A stretch of 64,000 nucleotides of DNA from Octopus vulgaris (lineage: Eukaryota). The translations under genes were made by a program, and so were the position numbers. The stretch is taken from assembly GCA_951406725.2 (NCBI GenBank), contig OX597815.1:13516001-13580000 (forward strand). The letters are read 5' to 3'. Below are positions 27,203 through 43,829 of this stretch, piece after piece. Each line of letters opens with the position of its first letter. Position 1 is the stretch's first letter. Below the pieces are notes generated by a model. It had not been told where the DNA came from. It saw only the letters and a program-made list of their open reading frames with translations, and searched no databases.

Positions 27203-27246
27203 AACACTTACGTGTGTGTGTGTATGTAGATATATAAATATATATA

Positions 27247-27265
27247 TAGATAGAAAGATAGAGAG

Positions 27266-27310
<45 letters not shown>

Positions 27311-27342
27311 TATATATATAGAGAGAGAGTAGGTAGATAGGC

Positions 27343-27423
<81 letters not shown>
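27247..27423. repeat. (GATA)n microsatellite
   Basis: Direct reading. Confidence 0.95.
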
Positions 27424-27425
<2 letters not shown>

Positions 27426-27543
27426 AATTTTATTGACATATAGATCGGATATAAAATACGAAGGTAATGTTAGTGTATAAAATTTAAACCAAGTATTCTA
27501 AGAAATACAGAATCATGTTTCTCTCTCCCTCTCTCCATCTCCA

Positions 27544-27608
<65 letters not shown>

Positions 27609-28358
27609 GTTTTATGCATATAAACGTGAATAAAGTTTCTCGGAGCAAAGAAAATGCTTTCAATAAACATAACAAAACGTATGTAAACCTACATTATATA
27701 TTTTCGCGTTCCTCAACAAATGTTTTCCTGTTAAAAGATTGGAACTTCCTGTAGGTCTGGTATTGTGGTCTGGTAACGAAGTATATTTTTTTATATAGGT
27801 AGCTCATGTTCTCAGTTAGCTAAAATAATTTCTAATCATTACTCTATATTTAGGCATAGGAATAAACGTAACAGTACAGGGCTTAGTAAATTAATTTGGT
27901 ATCTAAAAGACCACAATAAACAATTTAATTTAGATTCGTTGATTCTCTCAATTTCCATACTTTATGATAAAGGTAAGGGATTCTGCTTTCTCTGTAATTC
28001 TGAACTATTGTAAACACGGTTATAGAGTGTGCATACCGGTAAACATTGGCAGAAACACACCTTAATTCATATAAGTGATATCTATCATTATATATAATTT
28101 AAACATTAATTTTCTTCTCACATTTCAGATTCACTAGATATATCTTTTCCAAAAATTTAGGGCTTTACTTAATTTACATGTTGTTATATATTTCTCATTT
28201 ATTTGTTTTTTTCCTTTACCCCTCTTCTTTATATATGCTACTTTTAACATTATATCCTCTAACATTTTTTTAAACAAACTTTATAGCGTTCAGTTAAACA
28301 CTATACATATCCAACATATTCTGTTAAAATGTCTTATTGACGAGTTTCATTTCTTCAT

Positions 28359-28443
28359 TTCCTTGAAGAGAAGATTACATTGTTTTACACCATTTTATTC
28401 CTTTGGAATAATATCAGTTATATCTTCGAAACATGTACCGGAA
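28359..28443 (+). ncRNA. Decayed type I hammerhead
   Basis: TTCC TTGAAGA GAAGAT...ATCTTC GAAAC AT GTA^ CCGGAA; 6-bp stem II, palindromic ACATGT; C3 and stem I register damaged. Confidence 0.6.
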
Positions 28444-28649
28444 GTAAAAGAATTTGAATAACACATGCGTTTAACTCCATTTAGTTATTTATTTATTTAT
28501 TCATCATATTAAATATTTCACGCAAACCCGGAGTTTCTACCTTTACAAACAAGGAGCTACACCCTTTTTACTTGTGTAATTTTTTGCTACCCTGGTAACT
28601 TTTTATCTATTTTTCCGTGTTAAGTGTTAGCAATGGTAACACACACACA

Positions 28650-28717
<68 letters not shown>

Positions 28718-28734
28718 ATAATATATATATATAT

Positions 28735-28884
28735 GACAGGCTTCTTTCAATTTTCTTCTATCAAATCCACTCACAAGGCTGTGGTCTGCCCGAGGTTATA
28801 GTAGAAGTCACTTTTCCTAGGTGAACTGAACCCAGCACCATGTGATTTGGAAGCAAGTTCTTTACTACATATCCATTCTTGCAC
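28735..28884 (-). mobile_element. SINE family A head fragment, diverged
   Basis: Reverse-complement similarity to the first ~160 nt of family A. Confidence 0.8.
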
Positions 28885-28967
28885 ATAACAAATATTTGAT
28901 AGAAGGATAGAGAATTGTCTTTGATTTCCATCAATTATTCGAGTAAGTTTCTTCAGTTAAATATATA

Positions 28968-29361
28968 GGCGCAGGAGTGGCTGTGTGGTAAGTAGCTTCT
29001 TTACGAACCACATGGTTCCGGGTTCAGTCTCACTTCGTGGTATCTTGGGCAAGTGTCTTCTACTATAGCCTCGGGCCCACCAAAAGCCTTGTGAGTGGAT
29101 TTGATAGACGGAAACTGAAAGACGCCCGTCGTATATATGTATATATATATGTTTGTGTGTCTATGTTTGTCCCCCTAGCATTGCTTGACAACCGATGCTG
29201 GTGTGATTATGTCCCCGTCACTTAGCGGTTCGGCAAAAGAGACCGATAGAATAAGTACTGGGCTTACAAAGAATACGTCCTGGGGTTGAGTTGCTCGACT
29301 AAAGGCGGTGCTCCAGCATGGCCGCAGTCAAATGACTGAAACAAGTAAAAGAATAAAAGAA
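28968..29361 (+). mobile_element. tRNA-derived SINE family A, full length
   Basis: Same head and tail as 16588-16994. Confidence 0.95.
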
Positions 29362-30540
29362 TACTGCTAAAGAGTTTGCAACATACGTTTGGCACAGAAA
29401 TAATCAGATATGCATTTGTTTAATAAATGTCTCCGCGGGAAATATATGTAACGCCTCTACTGTTTTTTGTTGTTGGTAATTTAAATAGTGCATCACCATC
29501 TTGTGGGTATATATTAGTGTGTTTTGTGTGTGTGTGCGTGTGTGTACGGGGTGTATACATAAGTGTTTGCGCATGTGCAAGTGTGTTACTCGAATGTAAG
29601 CTTCACGCACTTTTAAGAATAGCAACTAAACGTTTTCTAATGTCATATCTCAATACTCAGGGAAACTTCATGCGGTTTCCCAACTGGTATTTCTAAATCA
29701 GAAAGAAAAAAAACCTATTCGAACGCTAGGTAAAGCAGTGGATATATGATATATTACCGCTCGTTTTGGGATTAAAAACACCTTGACGAGCGGAAAGATA
29801 AATTTTAAAATTAAATAAATTTTAAATTTCTGTCTGAACAGAAGATATATCTAGGGTCTCTGTTTCACTGGGGAAGATGGGTAGGGTGAGGATAGGAGAG
29901 AGATAGAGATAGGGAGTATTGTACTGGAAAAGTGTGTGGTCAAGAATATCTATCAGTGTGTACAAGGACGCTGTGTGTTGCGGGCAAGGGTAAATATATT
30001 TTTAATGCTAAGGAGACACCTTGAGAAACAAAAGCCTGCGCTTTCCACAGCGTCGAAGATCTCCTTATAGGAATTTTACTCAGAGTTCCCTCTTTTAATA
30101 AGTTTTTCAAGACTGTGACAAGATTTTACCAGGCTGTGTTAATAATATACGTATCTACTGTTTTCTTATATGAAGCTGAATCTCTGCCCAGTTTCACATC
30201 TAGGAAATTATGTATTTTCCTACTGAACTCTACTGTAAGTTTCAAACCAAGGGAATTAAGAATAGTAGCATGGCCCTTCCTAAGTATGAAGAGCTCATGA
30301 CATGACATAAAATTTCAATGAAATATTCCGGTCAATCCTAGAAAACGATTACATGCTTAGTCGTAAAAAAATAACTTCTTAAAATGTGTAAAATACACAA
30401 GAAATCTTTCATGTCAAAATATCCACATATTCCAACTATCCATATTTGCGTCAAAGTGATCACGTGTCGACGTTTATGCCTATATGTGCTTCTGTACCTT
30501 AACATACATGCGATGCAAACATATACACAAACATACCAAC

Positions 30541-30579
<39 letters not shown>

Positions 30580-31386
30580 GTGTTTTCACTTACATGCATG
30601 TGTGCAAAAACACAGAAACATTCACATATACAAAATATGGTCGTGCATTATTACATACATGCATACATATAGACACATACATAGATGTAGTAAAAACATT
30701 CATAATTGCTATAAGAATATACAACCTTTCTGACTGAATATTTGGTGAACATTTCGAGTTCGTGATGGAATTTGATTCGCGAAATATATTCAGCGAAAGA
30801 AACTGCTGTTTTCTATCGCATGAACACACACATAAATTATATAAGATTGTGCAAGTCTGTTGTGTGCGTGTGTTTCGACATAACTATCTATGCCTATCTA
30901 TCTACCTCCTTCCTTATACATATGTATGTATATACATGTGTGTGTGTTTACATATAAAGATGATATAAATATATATCATTCAAAATATGCTAACATATTT
31001 TGAATACAAGCATGACTCGGTAGAACTATCTACAGAATACAACAATAAAATTAACCTCTCTTCTAATTTGTACAATAGGTAGTCAGTCATTGTTAGATAT
31101 TCCCGTTGATAATTTTAATTGCACACACCATACACACTGTGTAAATCCTTTTCTTATTTTAAGTATGTGTATTCATCTACCAATCAATCTCTCTCCTTTC
31201 TCTCTACATATAGAGATATAAAGATACACAAATCTGTATTTATATGTGTATATATATGTATGTTTGTATGTATACATACACATATATATATATATATACA
31301 TAAATATATATATATATTTATATATATACATATATATACATATATATATACATATATATATATGTATATATATTTACGTATATATA

Positions 31387-31441
<55 letters not shown>

Positions 31442-31504
31442 ATAGATATATGTACACACGCACATATATGTATCCAGATATATATAGATGTGAACGTATA
31501 CATG

Positions 31505-31537
<33 letters not shown>

Positions 31538-33045
31538 TTATATACAAATATATATCTGAGTGTATGTGTGTGTGAGTGTGGGTGTTTGGATGCGTGTATA
31601 TATGTGTGGATGTGCGTTTGTGTCTGTTTCTCTGTGTGTCGGTCTTTGTGTGTGTTTGTACATATATTACTTGTGTGAGTTAAATGTGTTCTTTTCTCTC
31701 TTATTTTTTTTATCTTCGATTATGCGTTTTTCGTATTGTTTATATTGATGAAGGCATCATGCTAGGAGGGAAATATGGTTTCATTGTTACGACAACTGTG
31801 CGGTATTTCTATTGAAGTAAAACATCATTAAACCTGATCAAGTGTTACTCCTGTTCGTATTAGAAAACGCTCACAGCACCAATGACTTTATATCCTTTTC
31901 TCGTCTTCAGAGTCACACAGCATTGTAATATTACTTCTTACGCCCATTAGTTAAAAGACGTAGGTGTGGTTGTTGTGGCGGGGGAGATATTTCAGTAAAC
32001 TGATTAACGAAACAATTTTGGTGCTTTCACATGATATTGCTACATCAATTGTCGCTTTCTGTTTGCTTTCATTCCCTTCTATTTATGTGTTCATGAGACG
32101 CTCTTTAAAATAAAAGGAATTCCGCTTTTTACGTGCAGGCATTGCAAATAGTAAAAGGGCTGCTTTTTTTTTTTTAAGACACTTTATTTTCCCGTGTAAA
32201 ATATTAAAAGATCATCACGAGAATACCAAATTCTTGTTGTGTATTTCTAGGTTTCTTTATTTTTACTATTAGAGAAATGTTAAAGGTGAATTACATCAAA
32301 GGCTCAAAGATTTCAATGATGACCATGATTGTTGCGATCGATTATTGTTGTAGAATTGGCATACTATAATAATGGTAAATTTCTAGAGATCTTTGAATAA
32401 ATCTACATTATTTAGCATTTACCACATATTTAACATTTCCAACAAAGCTTTCCTTTGCAACACAATCAAGTGAACATTTACCCTCGTATACATAATACAT
32501 TGACTGGATTTAAACGTTGTTGCTTAATTTTACATAATAAATTTGCATACTTCTAGATACACTAAGGTACCAGGTGTGAAAATATTAAAAGTATGTATGT
32601 GAGTATATATGCGCATATACACACACACATGCTCACACACACACATTTGCACATACACACACGCTCTCACACACATGTACAGAAATATGTATAACTGTTA
32701 TATATGTATGTACGTGTGAGTGTATACATATATGTCTACGTATACTCGTTTTATAATGTATGGTAATTTTGTTATCCTTAAATTATGAAGTCATTTATTT
32801 CGTGACCGTGACTACTTTTCGTTTTGTGACTAGACTATCACCTGTGGATTCTGTCGCAACATTTGCAGTGGCACGCAACGTGCGAAGTAGCAAAATGATT
32901 TTCCGGTGGCATTACAATATGGTGGATGACCTCACCGAAATACATGTCTTCATACTCTCATGCAAAAAATTCCGGGAGAGACGGACTGCATTCAGTACAA
33001 ATGCATCTGCCTGTAATCAATCTAGATTTCCTCTACATATACATA

Positions 33046-33207
33046 GGCGCAGGAGTGGCTGTGTGGTAAGTAGCTTGCTAACCAACCACATGGTTGCGGG
33101 TTCCGTCCCACTGCGTGGCATCTGGGGCAAGTGTCTTCTGCTATAGCCCCGGGCCGACCAATGTCTTGTGAGTGGATTTGGTAGACGGAAACTGAAAGAA
33201 GCCTGTC

Positions 33208-33278
<71 letters not shown>

Positions 33279-33483
33279 TGTGTGTGTATTTGCCCCCCTA
33301 GCATTGCTTGACAACCGATGCTGGTGTGTTTACGTCCCCGTCACCTAACGGTTCGGCAAAAGAGACCGATAGAATAAGTACTGGGCTTACAAAGAATAAG
33401 TCCCGGGGTCGATTTGCTCGACTAAAGGCGGTGCTCCAGCATGGCCGCAGTCAAATGACTGAAACAAGTAAAAGAGTAAAGAG
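33046..33483 (+). mobile_element. tRNA-derived SINE family A, full length
   Basis: Same family; internal (TA)n(TG)n. Confidence 0.95.
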
Positions 33484-34698
33484 TATACTCTAACATTTCT
33501 GCAAGCTGTATAGTTACAGAAGAGGTCTGTTTACTATTCCGTTTCATCTTCAGGCTTAAATAACACATACACGCGTCTATAAAAACCGTCCCCAGGGAGA
33601 CCCATGCATCTTACCACCCAATAGACAGAGCTCTGTCTCAAATGACAACGTTCTGGAGCTATTCCTATTGGTACTTTCACGGAGATTCATAACATACTCC
33701 TACCATATCATTTACTTTATCTTGATTTGTCTTATGTCTAATCTGCATTTTGCGCGAACCACATTAGCAAAATATATGTGTCTGTACTTGTTACTTTATC
33801 TTTTGCATGTATTCACATTGTTGCTTCGATTTTATTACGTACCGGTTAATTATATTTTCGTATTTGATTTGTCTTTAAAATGGTACTATTTCGAGTGACG
33901 TGTTGTCTAAGTCTTCCATCACATTTCCAAATATATGTCGATGAAGGAATACTCAATACTATTACAATCATGGCAAGCTTCTGTTGATGACAGATATTTG
34001 ACCATGCACTTATAAAATAAATTAGTCAAATTGTCTAGGCAGGAACTATTTTCCTTTCCCGTTTAATAGAGTGGAATATTCGAAGATTGGTAAATGGGAG
34101 GAAAACTAACTTCGTCAAATTATGCTGGAGAAAACCATCATCTTACTAGGAGCTCAGAAAATGTGTGCACTCACATTCTCACATGAGCAAGAAACAAATA
34201 AAGATAACACAATAATGAAATAGAATAAGAAATGATGTCTTTAGCAATAAAAAAATTGCATAGTGAGTGTATATATAAACAAATCATTCCATTATAAACA
34301 AAGACAATATTTATAGACATTAACAGTCAAGTGCTTTAAAGTCGATACGATATAGGTAAACTGCAATATGTGTAACGTTGTCTTTACAAGGTAAATTTAG
34401 CAACTGATAAAGCGAAAATTGTTTATTCGACCGTAAAATTACGGTCTATTTTCATGGCCTTACTCTCCAAACATGTATAAATTGCATGGTGATTCAATGA
34501 GTGCAAAACCAAAATTTTCCGTTTTTTAAACAAAAATAATTTATGACAATATAGTGCTAAAACAAAAACTAAACTATACATACATACATACATATATATG
34601 TGTATGTATGTGTATACATATACAACATATATACATATATATATATATACATACCAACACGCACACGAACACACACACATACACACACACACACACAG

Positions 34699-34758
<60 letters not shown>

Positions 34759-36411
34759 GTGGTTAAAGCTGATAGTTATATATGAATTTAGAAATAAGCT
34801 ATTCATAATATTGACATGCGTATGTACACAGCCGTACACGGAGTCAGAAATATGCAGATGCAAAATCACAGATATATATATATAATCATGCCTATATGGA
34901 TGCTATCCAGTGCTGTCATAATAATATATGTAGAATGATGAGCTCAGAATAAATAATACTTCTATTCTAAACACATTATTTCACTTACAAATAAAATCTA
35001 CTATAAACAATTACATAGAGTTCAGTGCAACAACTATACCAAACCTGATAGGGTTTTTTTTTATTTCTGTAGAAACGTCAAAGAAACGAAGCATGCCCAA
35101 AACTGGTAATGCTATTGTTCAACATGTGTTATGATTTCTTTGACCAATTCACATACTTCTATTTGCTTATTTAAAATATTTCTAACATTTTTAACTTGCG
35201 AAATTTTGTACAAAATATACTATGCAAATGATTGACTAGTGCTCGTTTTACTAGATGGCATACGAAGATAATGAAGCTCGTGGGATTTAATAAGATGTTA
35301 CGCTTTAAGGAGAAGGTGCATAGGGTCATTTCTGTTGTGTTCCTTAACTGAACAAGAGGAATTATTATTTATTTTCAATTCACACTTCCTCATTATTTCG
35401 CATATAAACTGAAGGCAAATTTGAACATTTCCAACAACATATATGTATATTATAACTCACGAATGCACAACCGTAATTGTAATATTTCTCGACGTACATC
35501 AGTAACTGCTTCCTTACATTCAGGAGTTTTCCTTATTAAATATGAAACTTTCCCCCATGAGAATGTATTAGAGTTAGTTTAAAATGATGTATATTGGTTT
35601 TTGCCTGATCGTTATATTACGCAGAAGCAAAGAACCCAACATCGACTGTCTAGTGGTGGTAGACAAACAACGACAGATACACACGCACACAAACACAGAC
35701 ACACACACACACACACGCACACATGTTAGTGGGGGTGTATGTATATTATATATACAAATACATATATGTATAGATAAATAGAGCGTGGGATAGACAGATA
35801 AAGAGAGAGACAGAAATGCGTGAGCGTATATATATATATATGTGTGTGAGTGTGTGTATGTATATATATGCGTATGGATGTATGTGTGTGTATGTGAGCG
35901 TGCTTGTGAGCGTGCTTGCGAGCGTGCTTGCGAGCGTGCATGCGTGTTCGTGGTTGTGGATGTGTATTGCGATTGTATATCTCTCTTTGCTGTTGAAATA
36001 TAATTTGCACTTGAAGGAAATCTATCACTTTATCGTATGAACTTATTGATTACTTATGAATAGAATCATTTGACGTTTCGGGTCGACGAATAAAGAAACT
36101 CTTCTTTGTGGCTTCTTTGAAGAAATAATCTTAAGTTACTCTTTGCCTTCAACCTAATAACATGTCATAAATTCTATAATTATTGAGTCGGTTTAATACT
36201 TTATTCGTACTCGTTTTTGAGATATTGTGGTATCACATTCCCTTGTCGTTAAACAAAAGCTATGAAATAATACCAATATCTGGATCTGCTGCAAACATTC
36301 ATTCTACTAAAATTGCCAAGCACTGAATCTCTATTTTACTTTGAATTGCACCTATCTGTTAATGTTTATGTCTATGTAAATATATGTGTGTATATACATA
36401 TACATATACAT

Positions 36412-36452
<41 letters not shown>

Positions 36453-36460
36453 CATATATG

Positions 36461-36534
<74 letters not shown>

Positions 36535-36537
36535 CAC

Positions 36538-38049
<1,512 letters not shown>

Positions 38050-38646
38050 GTAATATATGACAATTATTCGGTAGCCACCATAAAACTTCGATGTTGGGAT
38101 GTCGGGTTGGAAATTCACGCCGCCATTTCTTCAGTTATCCATCCGTCTAAAAAAAATGCTATGAAAATGACCATTAAAACACACGGAAATTACTGTGTGA
38201 TTTTCCGTTATTAAAACAAAAGCGCTATTTGAATGACCACTAAGTGAGGAGAGGGAGTAAAATTGTACATAGTATTCGCGCAAGCATGAATGTCCATACT
38301 TACACATGCGCGCCCGCACACCCAGGTACATGTGCCTATAAGTATACACTCATCCACTCTCACTTGAAACATACTCATTCTCACCTACACTATTCACCAA
38401 CAAATATTTATATATATATATATGTGTGCTCACGTATAAGTGTGTGTGCATATACAGACTCATACACACATATCACTCACAGACACATACATCGAAACCT
38501 TTATCATTATATACAACAGTTGGACTAAATGGATAATCTTTAGCGCTTTCTTCCCCTCTAGACTATATAATGACTTTATAGTGTTCATGAATGACAAACT
38601 AATTCTCTTTTATCTTTCATATTTCTTTTATATTTTATATTTTTTT

Positions 38647-38850
38647 CTCTCTTTTACTCGTTTCCAGTCCCTTCACAGCAGCCATGCTGGAGCACCAACT
38701 TGAAGTGTTTTAGTAGGAAAAATCTTAATTGCAGACTACTATGTATTTTTTTAAAGCCTCATACGTATTCTATCGCTCTCTTTCACCGAACCGTCAAGTA
38801 ACCCTTTGTAAACACTCCCAGCACCGGTTATCAAGCAGTGCTGGAGGGCT
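38647..38850 (-). mobile_element. SINE family A-related 3' fragment, old
   Basis: gccatgctggagcacc...ttctatcgctctctttcaccgaaccg...ccagcaccggttatcaagc. Confidence 0.75.
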
Positions 38851-38996
38851 AAACGCCCCACGCTTCCTGGTGAGTCACGGCAGTGATGGCGTTCATCTGA
38901 CAGATCCAAAGTAACAAGCCTCCTAATGGTGTGTATACACTTAGTGTGATATACAGTTGATGATTATACATTTGTAGCCTTTTTTTCCGATGGCCG

Positions 38997-39057
38997 GATA
39001 ACTGACGAGGTGGCAGCGTGGATTTCCACCTCGGCATCCGAAACTCAGAGTTTTATC
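38997..39057 (+). ncRNA. Type I hammerhead ribozyme in a pLTR-like element (~38910-39175)
   Basis: GATAA CTGACGA GG...GTGGA tt TCCAC...CC GAAAC TCAGA GTT^ TTATC; stem I perfect, core intact, stem II partly decayed. Confidence 0.8.
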
Positions 39058-39233
39058 ATAGCTACCGATGTCTCACACACTCATACTTACATTTACAGAT
39101 ACGTTCCTCATGTAAATATTATTTACATAATTGAGGTCTCTTTCTTTCTTTTGTTAGCTTACAGTTTTTATGAATATATATATATATATATATATATACA
39201 GAGAGAGAGAGAGGGAGGGAGAGAAAGGGATAG

Positions 39234-39267
<34 letters not shown>

Positions 39268-39593
39268 ATAAATAGATATACATATATATATTGTACATAT
39301 ATGTGTGTGAGTGTTCGTATATGTGTGTGCAGTGCGTATATGCATATGTCTGTGTTTTTATATGTCTATATCAATATATGTCCATGTTTGTGTGTATTCA
39401 TCACAAAAATGAGATCTTGTCATGCCACAACGGATTCGTTCTGCAATTGTCTCGATGGGGCTATGTTAGCGAACAAATCGCAATTGTTTAACAAAAATTT
39501 TGACTGCTTATGAAATAAATTTAATCGGTAAATAAATTCATCAGTATTCCGTTTTATTAAGTAGTTCTTTCTACTACACATGCTGCTATTCCG

Positions 39594-39693
<100 letters not shown>

Positions 39694-39789
39694 GTGTCTC
39701 TCTGTGTGTGTATATCAACAAGCGCACGCGCTCACACATACATACACACAGAAGTCTCACACACTCACACTTACATGTATGTATGTATG

Positions 39790-39820
<31 letters not shown>

Positions 39821-40329
39821 TTCACATTATTCTAAGTGTTCTCCTTTGAATTCAGAATCCAATCCTTGTGATCACTATGCCTTCTGAAATGTAGCTATGG
39901 AAGATATTTTTCTATATTTGTTTTCTTTTATGCTATCGTATACAACACGTTTGATATATGAGCCGAAGCGTATTTCGTAAGTTTAATTGATGCTAGCGTT
40001 GGTTTTCACTTCATTTGTATATGCGAGGGCGTGCTGTATATGTGGGTGTGTGCCTGTGTATATGTGTACGTTTGTGAGCGTGTATGTGGGAATGAGCGAA
40101 ATAGAGATTGTGTGTGTCTATGAGAGAGAGAGAGCGAGGGAGAGAGAGAGAACATGTACATATACAAGCAGTGTGATGAAATTAAAATACACTGGTATGT
40201 AAATATAATTTAAATTTATATTTATTTATCCATTACCCGTACACATACATGTACGTACATACACACAAGCATGCACACACAGATACATATAGATGGCTAC
40301 TCACACAATGCCCTTCCATATACATATGC

Positions 40330-40576
<247 letters not shown>

Positions 40577-41839
40577 CAGAGACAGAAAGAGAGAGCGTAC
40601 TACTGCCTTCTGTCATTTCATTGCCTGCTAAGTTTGTAGGTTATATGCCAATGACAAATTCGGAGGAAATCCATTAACGATATGTGCTCTACGTTTAACA
40701 ACCTCCTCTGAGAATATTCTTAACACAGTTGTTTTTTAGCGCCATGACTACGCTTTCATATACATAATCTCATTAAGTAAAATTTATCGAATTGAAAATG
40801 TGTTTCAACGAACAAAGCTTCAATTTGAAAACTGCGGGCATTATGTAATGTGTCACCTGTAAATTATTTTGTTAGTTATAGCTGGACGTATTAAAAACTG
40901 GTTCTGTATAAATTATTGAGAATTTGTAAACACATTTATATAAAATATTTTAGAGAATTTTGGAGCGATCAAAGGAGAGACAAGTAGGAAATAAAGCATT
41001 AAAATATGAATATAGACTACGAATCTAGCTATCTAGAGATCCATTAGATGGACATTTGACATGGTAGAAGTGGCAGCCAAATCTATCTACCATCACATGT
41101 ACGAAGACTTTCTGTCCTTGCACTATGTATTTCCAGGTATACAAACAGAGTTTTTGAACGTTCGACTGTTGATTGTCATTGTGATAAGCGATAATTCTAG
41201 AAAGTTAACTCATTATCCATGCATACATTTTATACCATTCTGACATATGTCTTTCTTTTGAAAATTTATCTGTTAAAAAATACTTGAAAATTAATAGTGA
41301 AATGGTAAACTGTATATACGAAAATCATAAGTATTTGGTGTTTAGAATGGCACTGAATTATATCAGGTTATCTTAACGTTTCTTAATAAATTATTACTTA
41401 AAAGATGAAGGGTTAATTTATATCAATTGTATTTATCTTCAATTTCACTAAATAATGTAATTCACACCAAGATGCTGAATTTTTTCTCGTTTTAACAGGA
41501 AATGATCAGTTTTTCTTATTCCACAATTCTTGATTTTCAGTCATCCTAAAAGTTTCTTACAATTGAAACTTTAAGAACACTAGGGACGGGTTTATGGCTT
41601 ACGATGCTCCGAAGATATACTAACCAAGTTCTCCATAATCTCAATCTATGATTGTAAACACGGAAGGACATATTGCCTACATATACTGTGTTGAATTTTG
41701 AAAGGCCACCTAAAAGGAATTTGATTAGTGGGGTCTTCATTGATAGATGGGCTGGTTTTAAACAACAACAGCTGCAATTACAACATCAAAAATGAAGTGG
41801 AACAAAAACAAATATTATCACTTCTGCTGCTGCTACTGC

Positions 41840-41911
<72 letters not shown>

Positions 41912-41912
<1 letters not shown>

Positions 41913-42498
41913 AAGCAACAAGACGGGTAAGGGTGATTTCACTGCGTCCGTTCTGTGGGTTGGGAGACGTCTGGCAGGTCGGGAGCGGAAGTCCACTTTT
42001 CCCAGATCCGAAGGACAAGTACGTGTCACTGGCCAGAGCGTCTGGTGGGGTTGGCATTTGCGGCGGGCCATGGATCCATAGACAGTCGTAGATGACAAAT
42101 TCTCCGCCGTCTCCTCTCTCCGAACTCCGCACTTTCTGCAGGTTCTGTCTATGGCTCGGTCGATCTTGTAGAGCCAGTACTTGAGGTCTGGGAGATGATC
42201 ACTTCTAAGTCGGCTGAGTGTCACCTGCTGCTGCCTGGTTACAGAGGAATCAGCGGCTCTGCTCACTTTCTCTCCATGGTCACCGTAGATCCTCTTGACT
42301 CTTTCGTATTTGAAGGGAGGTGGTTTAAGTGCCCGGTGGCTGCTTTCACTGCGTCGTAGTGGTGGTGGGCTGATGACTGATCTCCTTCCATTCCGGCTTT
42401 GGCCATCTCATCTGCCAAGTCTTTGCCGAGGATTCCGCAATGGCTAGGGCATCAGTTGAAGGTTATCTGGCACCCATTGTCACTGAAGTTTGAAAGGA
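41912..42498 (-). mobile_element. 5'-truncated I-group (Nimb/Ingi/I-like) LINE: RNase H C-terminus, CCHC region and (CAA)n tail
   Basis: ITFN*CPSHCGILGKDLADEMAKAG; RLRSDH...CRKCG..EETAE; (GTT)n at 41838-41911 is the tail. Confidence 0.88.
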
Positions 42499-42499
<1 letters not shown>

Positions 42500-42529
<30 letters not shown>

Positions 42530-42594
42530 TCTGTTGCCGCTGCTGCTGCGGCTGATGATGATGATCCTCATCATCATCTTCATCATCATGACGA

Positions 42595-42630
<36 letters not shown>

Positions 42631-42866
42631 GACGACGACGACGACGACTACTACTACTACTATTCCTCCTCCTCATCCTACTACTACTACTACTACTATT
42701 CCTCATCCTCCTTCTACTACTACTACTATTCCTCATCCTCCTTCTACTACTACTACTATTCCTCCTCCTCCTTCTACTACCACCACCACCACCACCACCA
42801 CTACTACTACTCCTACTACTACTATTCCTCATCCTCCTTCTACTACTACTATTCCTCCTCCTCCTT

Positions 42867-42934
<68 letters not shown>

Positions 42935-42985
42935 GCTACTACTACTACTACTACTACTACTACTGCTTCTGCTGCAGCAGCTGTT
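42500..42985. repeat. Compound triplet microsatellite (CTG/GAT/CTA/CGA/CCT/CCA) with ~30-bp higher-order units
   Basis: Direct reading; ctattcctcatcctccttctacta... repeats. Confidence 0.95.
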
Positions 42986-43438
42986 ATTTCTGACACTGAT
43001 ACTTCAACGATATTTTACGTATATATCATTCGATACTAGTCGATCATGCCTATTAAGTTGATAAACATTCATTACTCGAAGGTTGTTAAAAATCTCAACG
43101 ATTAAATCAGTTTTATTGATGTTACATTAGTGATACAATATTTCTATAAAATGATTATTAATATATCATAAAATATTCATCTAAAACAACGTTTGCATTG
43201 TTTTCGTTCTTTACTAGACACTAGCGGGCGAAAAGGTTTTATATTTTCGGAGATTTATTGACAGCTTGATGCAGTGAGTATTATGCCTGAACGCAACGAG
43301 GCAACATCCTAGCACTCATACTCAGTATTATTATATGCACCGTAGCACACAAATATGGCGATTATTGAATACATATACTGGCGCAAAGGTAAGGATGTTA
43401 TTTGTAAATACAACGCAGCATGGTTGTTATGTTACGTA

Positions 43439-43823
43439 TCTCTCTCTATATAAACGGCAGTTTGTCTGTGCGTGTTTCTGTGTGTCTGTTTTCTCGTACC
43501 CTCACCCTGACCACGGCTTTCAACCGATTCTGATGAAACTTGACACACACATAGCCCAATGTCATAATTCAAAACTAACGCAGCGAAAATTTTGAAAAGT
43601 TCCCCCAGTTCTGAAAAAAATCGATAAATTCGACATGGGGTCGAGAATGAGAAACCCAAACCACAGACCGTCTAGGGGACGCAACTCCACCTGTTTTAAC
43701 TCTCAAAAAAAATTTACCATCATTTTTTTTTCATTTTTTTGCTATTTTTTGGCTATAATTCTCTAAAAATGCTTTATAGTTATTTCCCTTACAAACCTGA
43801 GCAACGCCGGGCGATACTGCTAG
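43439..43823 (+). mobile_element. Non-autonomous Helitron
   Basis: A^TC...CTAG^T termini; subterminal hairpin cctgagcaacgccggg. Confidence 0.85.
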
Positions 43824-43829
43824 TCAGGT

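Noticed and set aside
29778-29858. TTGACGA GCGGAAA...TTTCTGT...GAAGATATATCTA GGGT possible fossil HHR
   Set aside because: Needs several substitutions and an insertion; too degenerate to call.
42399-43061. 220-aa Leu-rich ORF resembling a membrane protein
   Set aside because: It is the antisense of the LINE RNase H fused to an in-phase triplet microsatellite.
43525-43545. CTGATGAAAC
   Set aside because: Part of the Helitron interior; no stem II.
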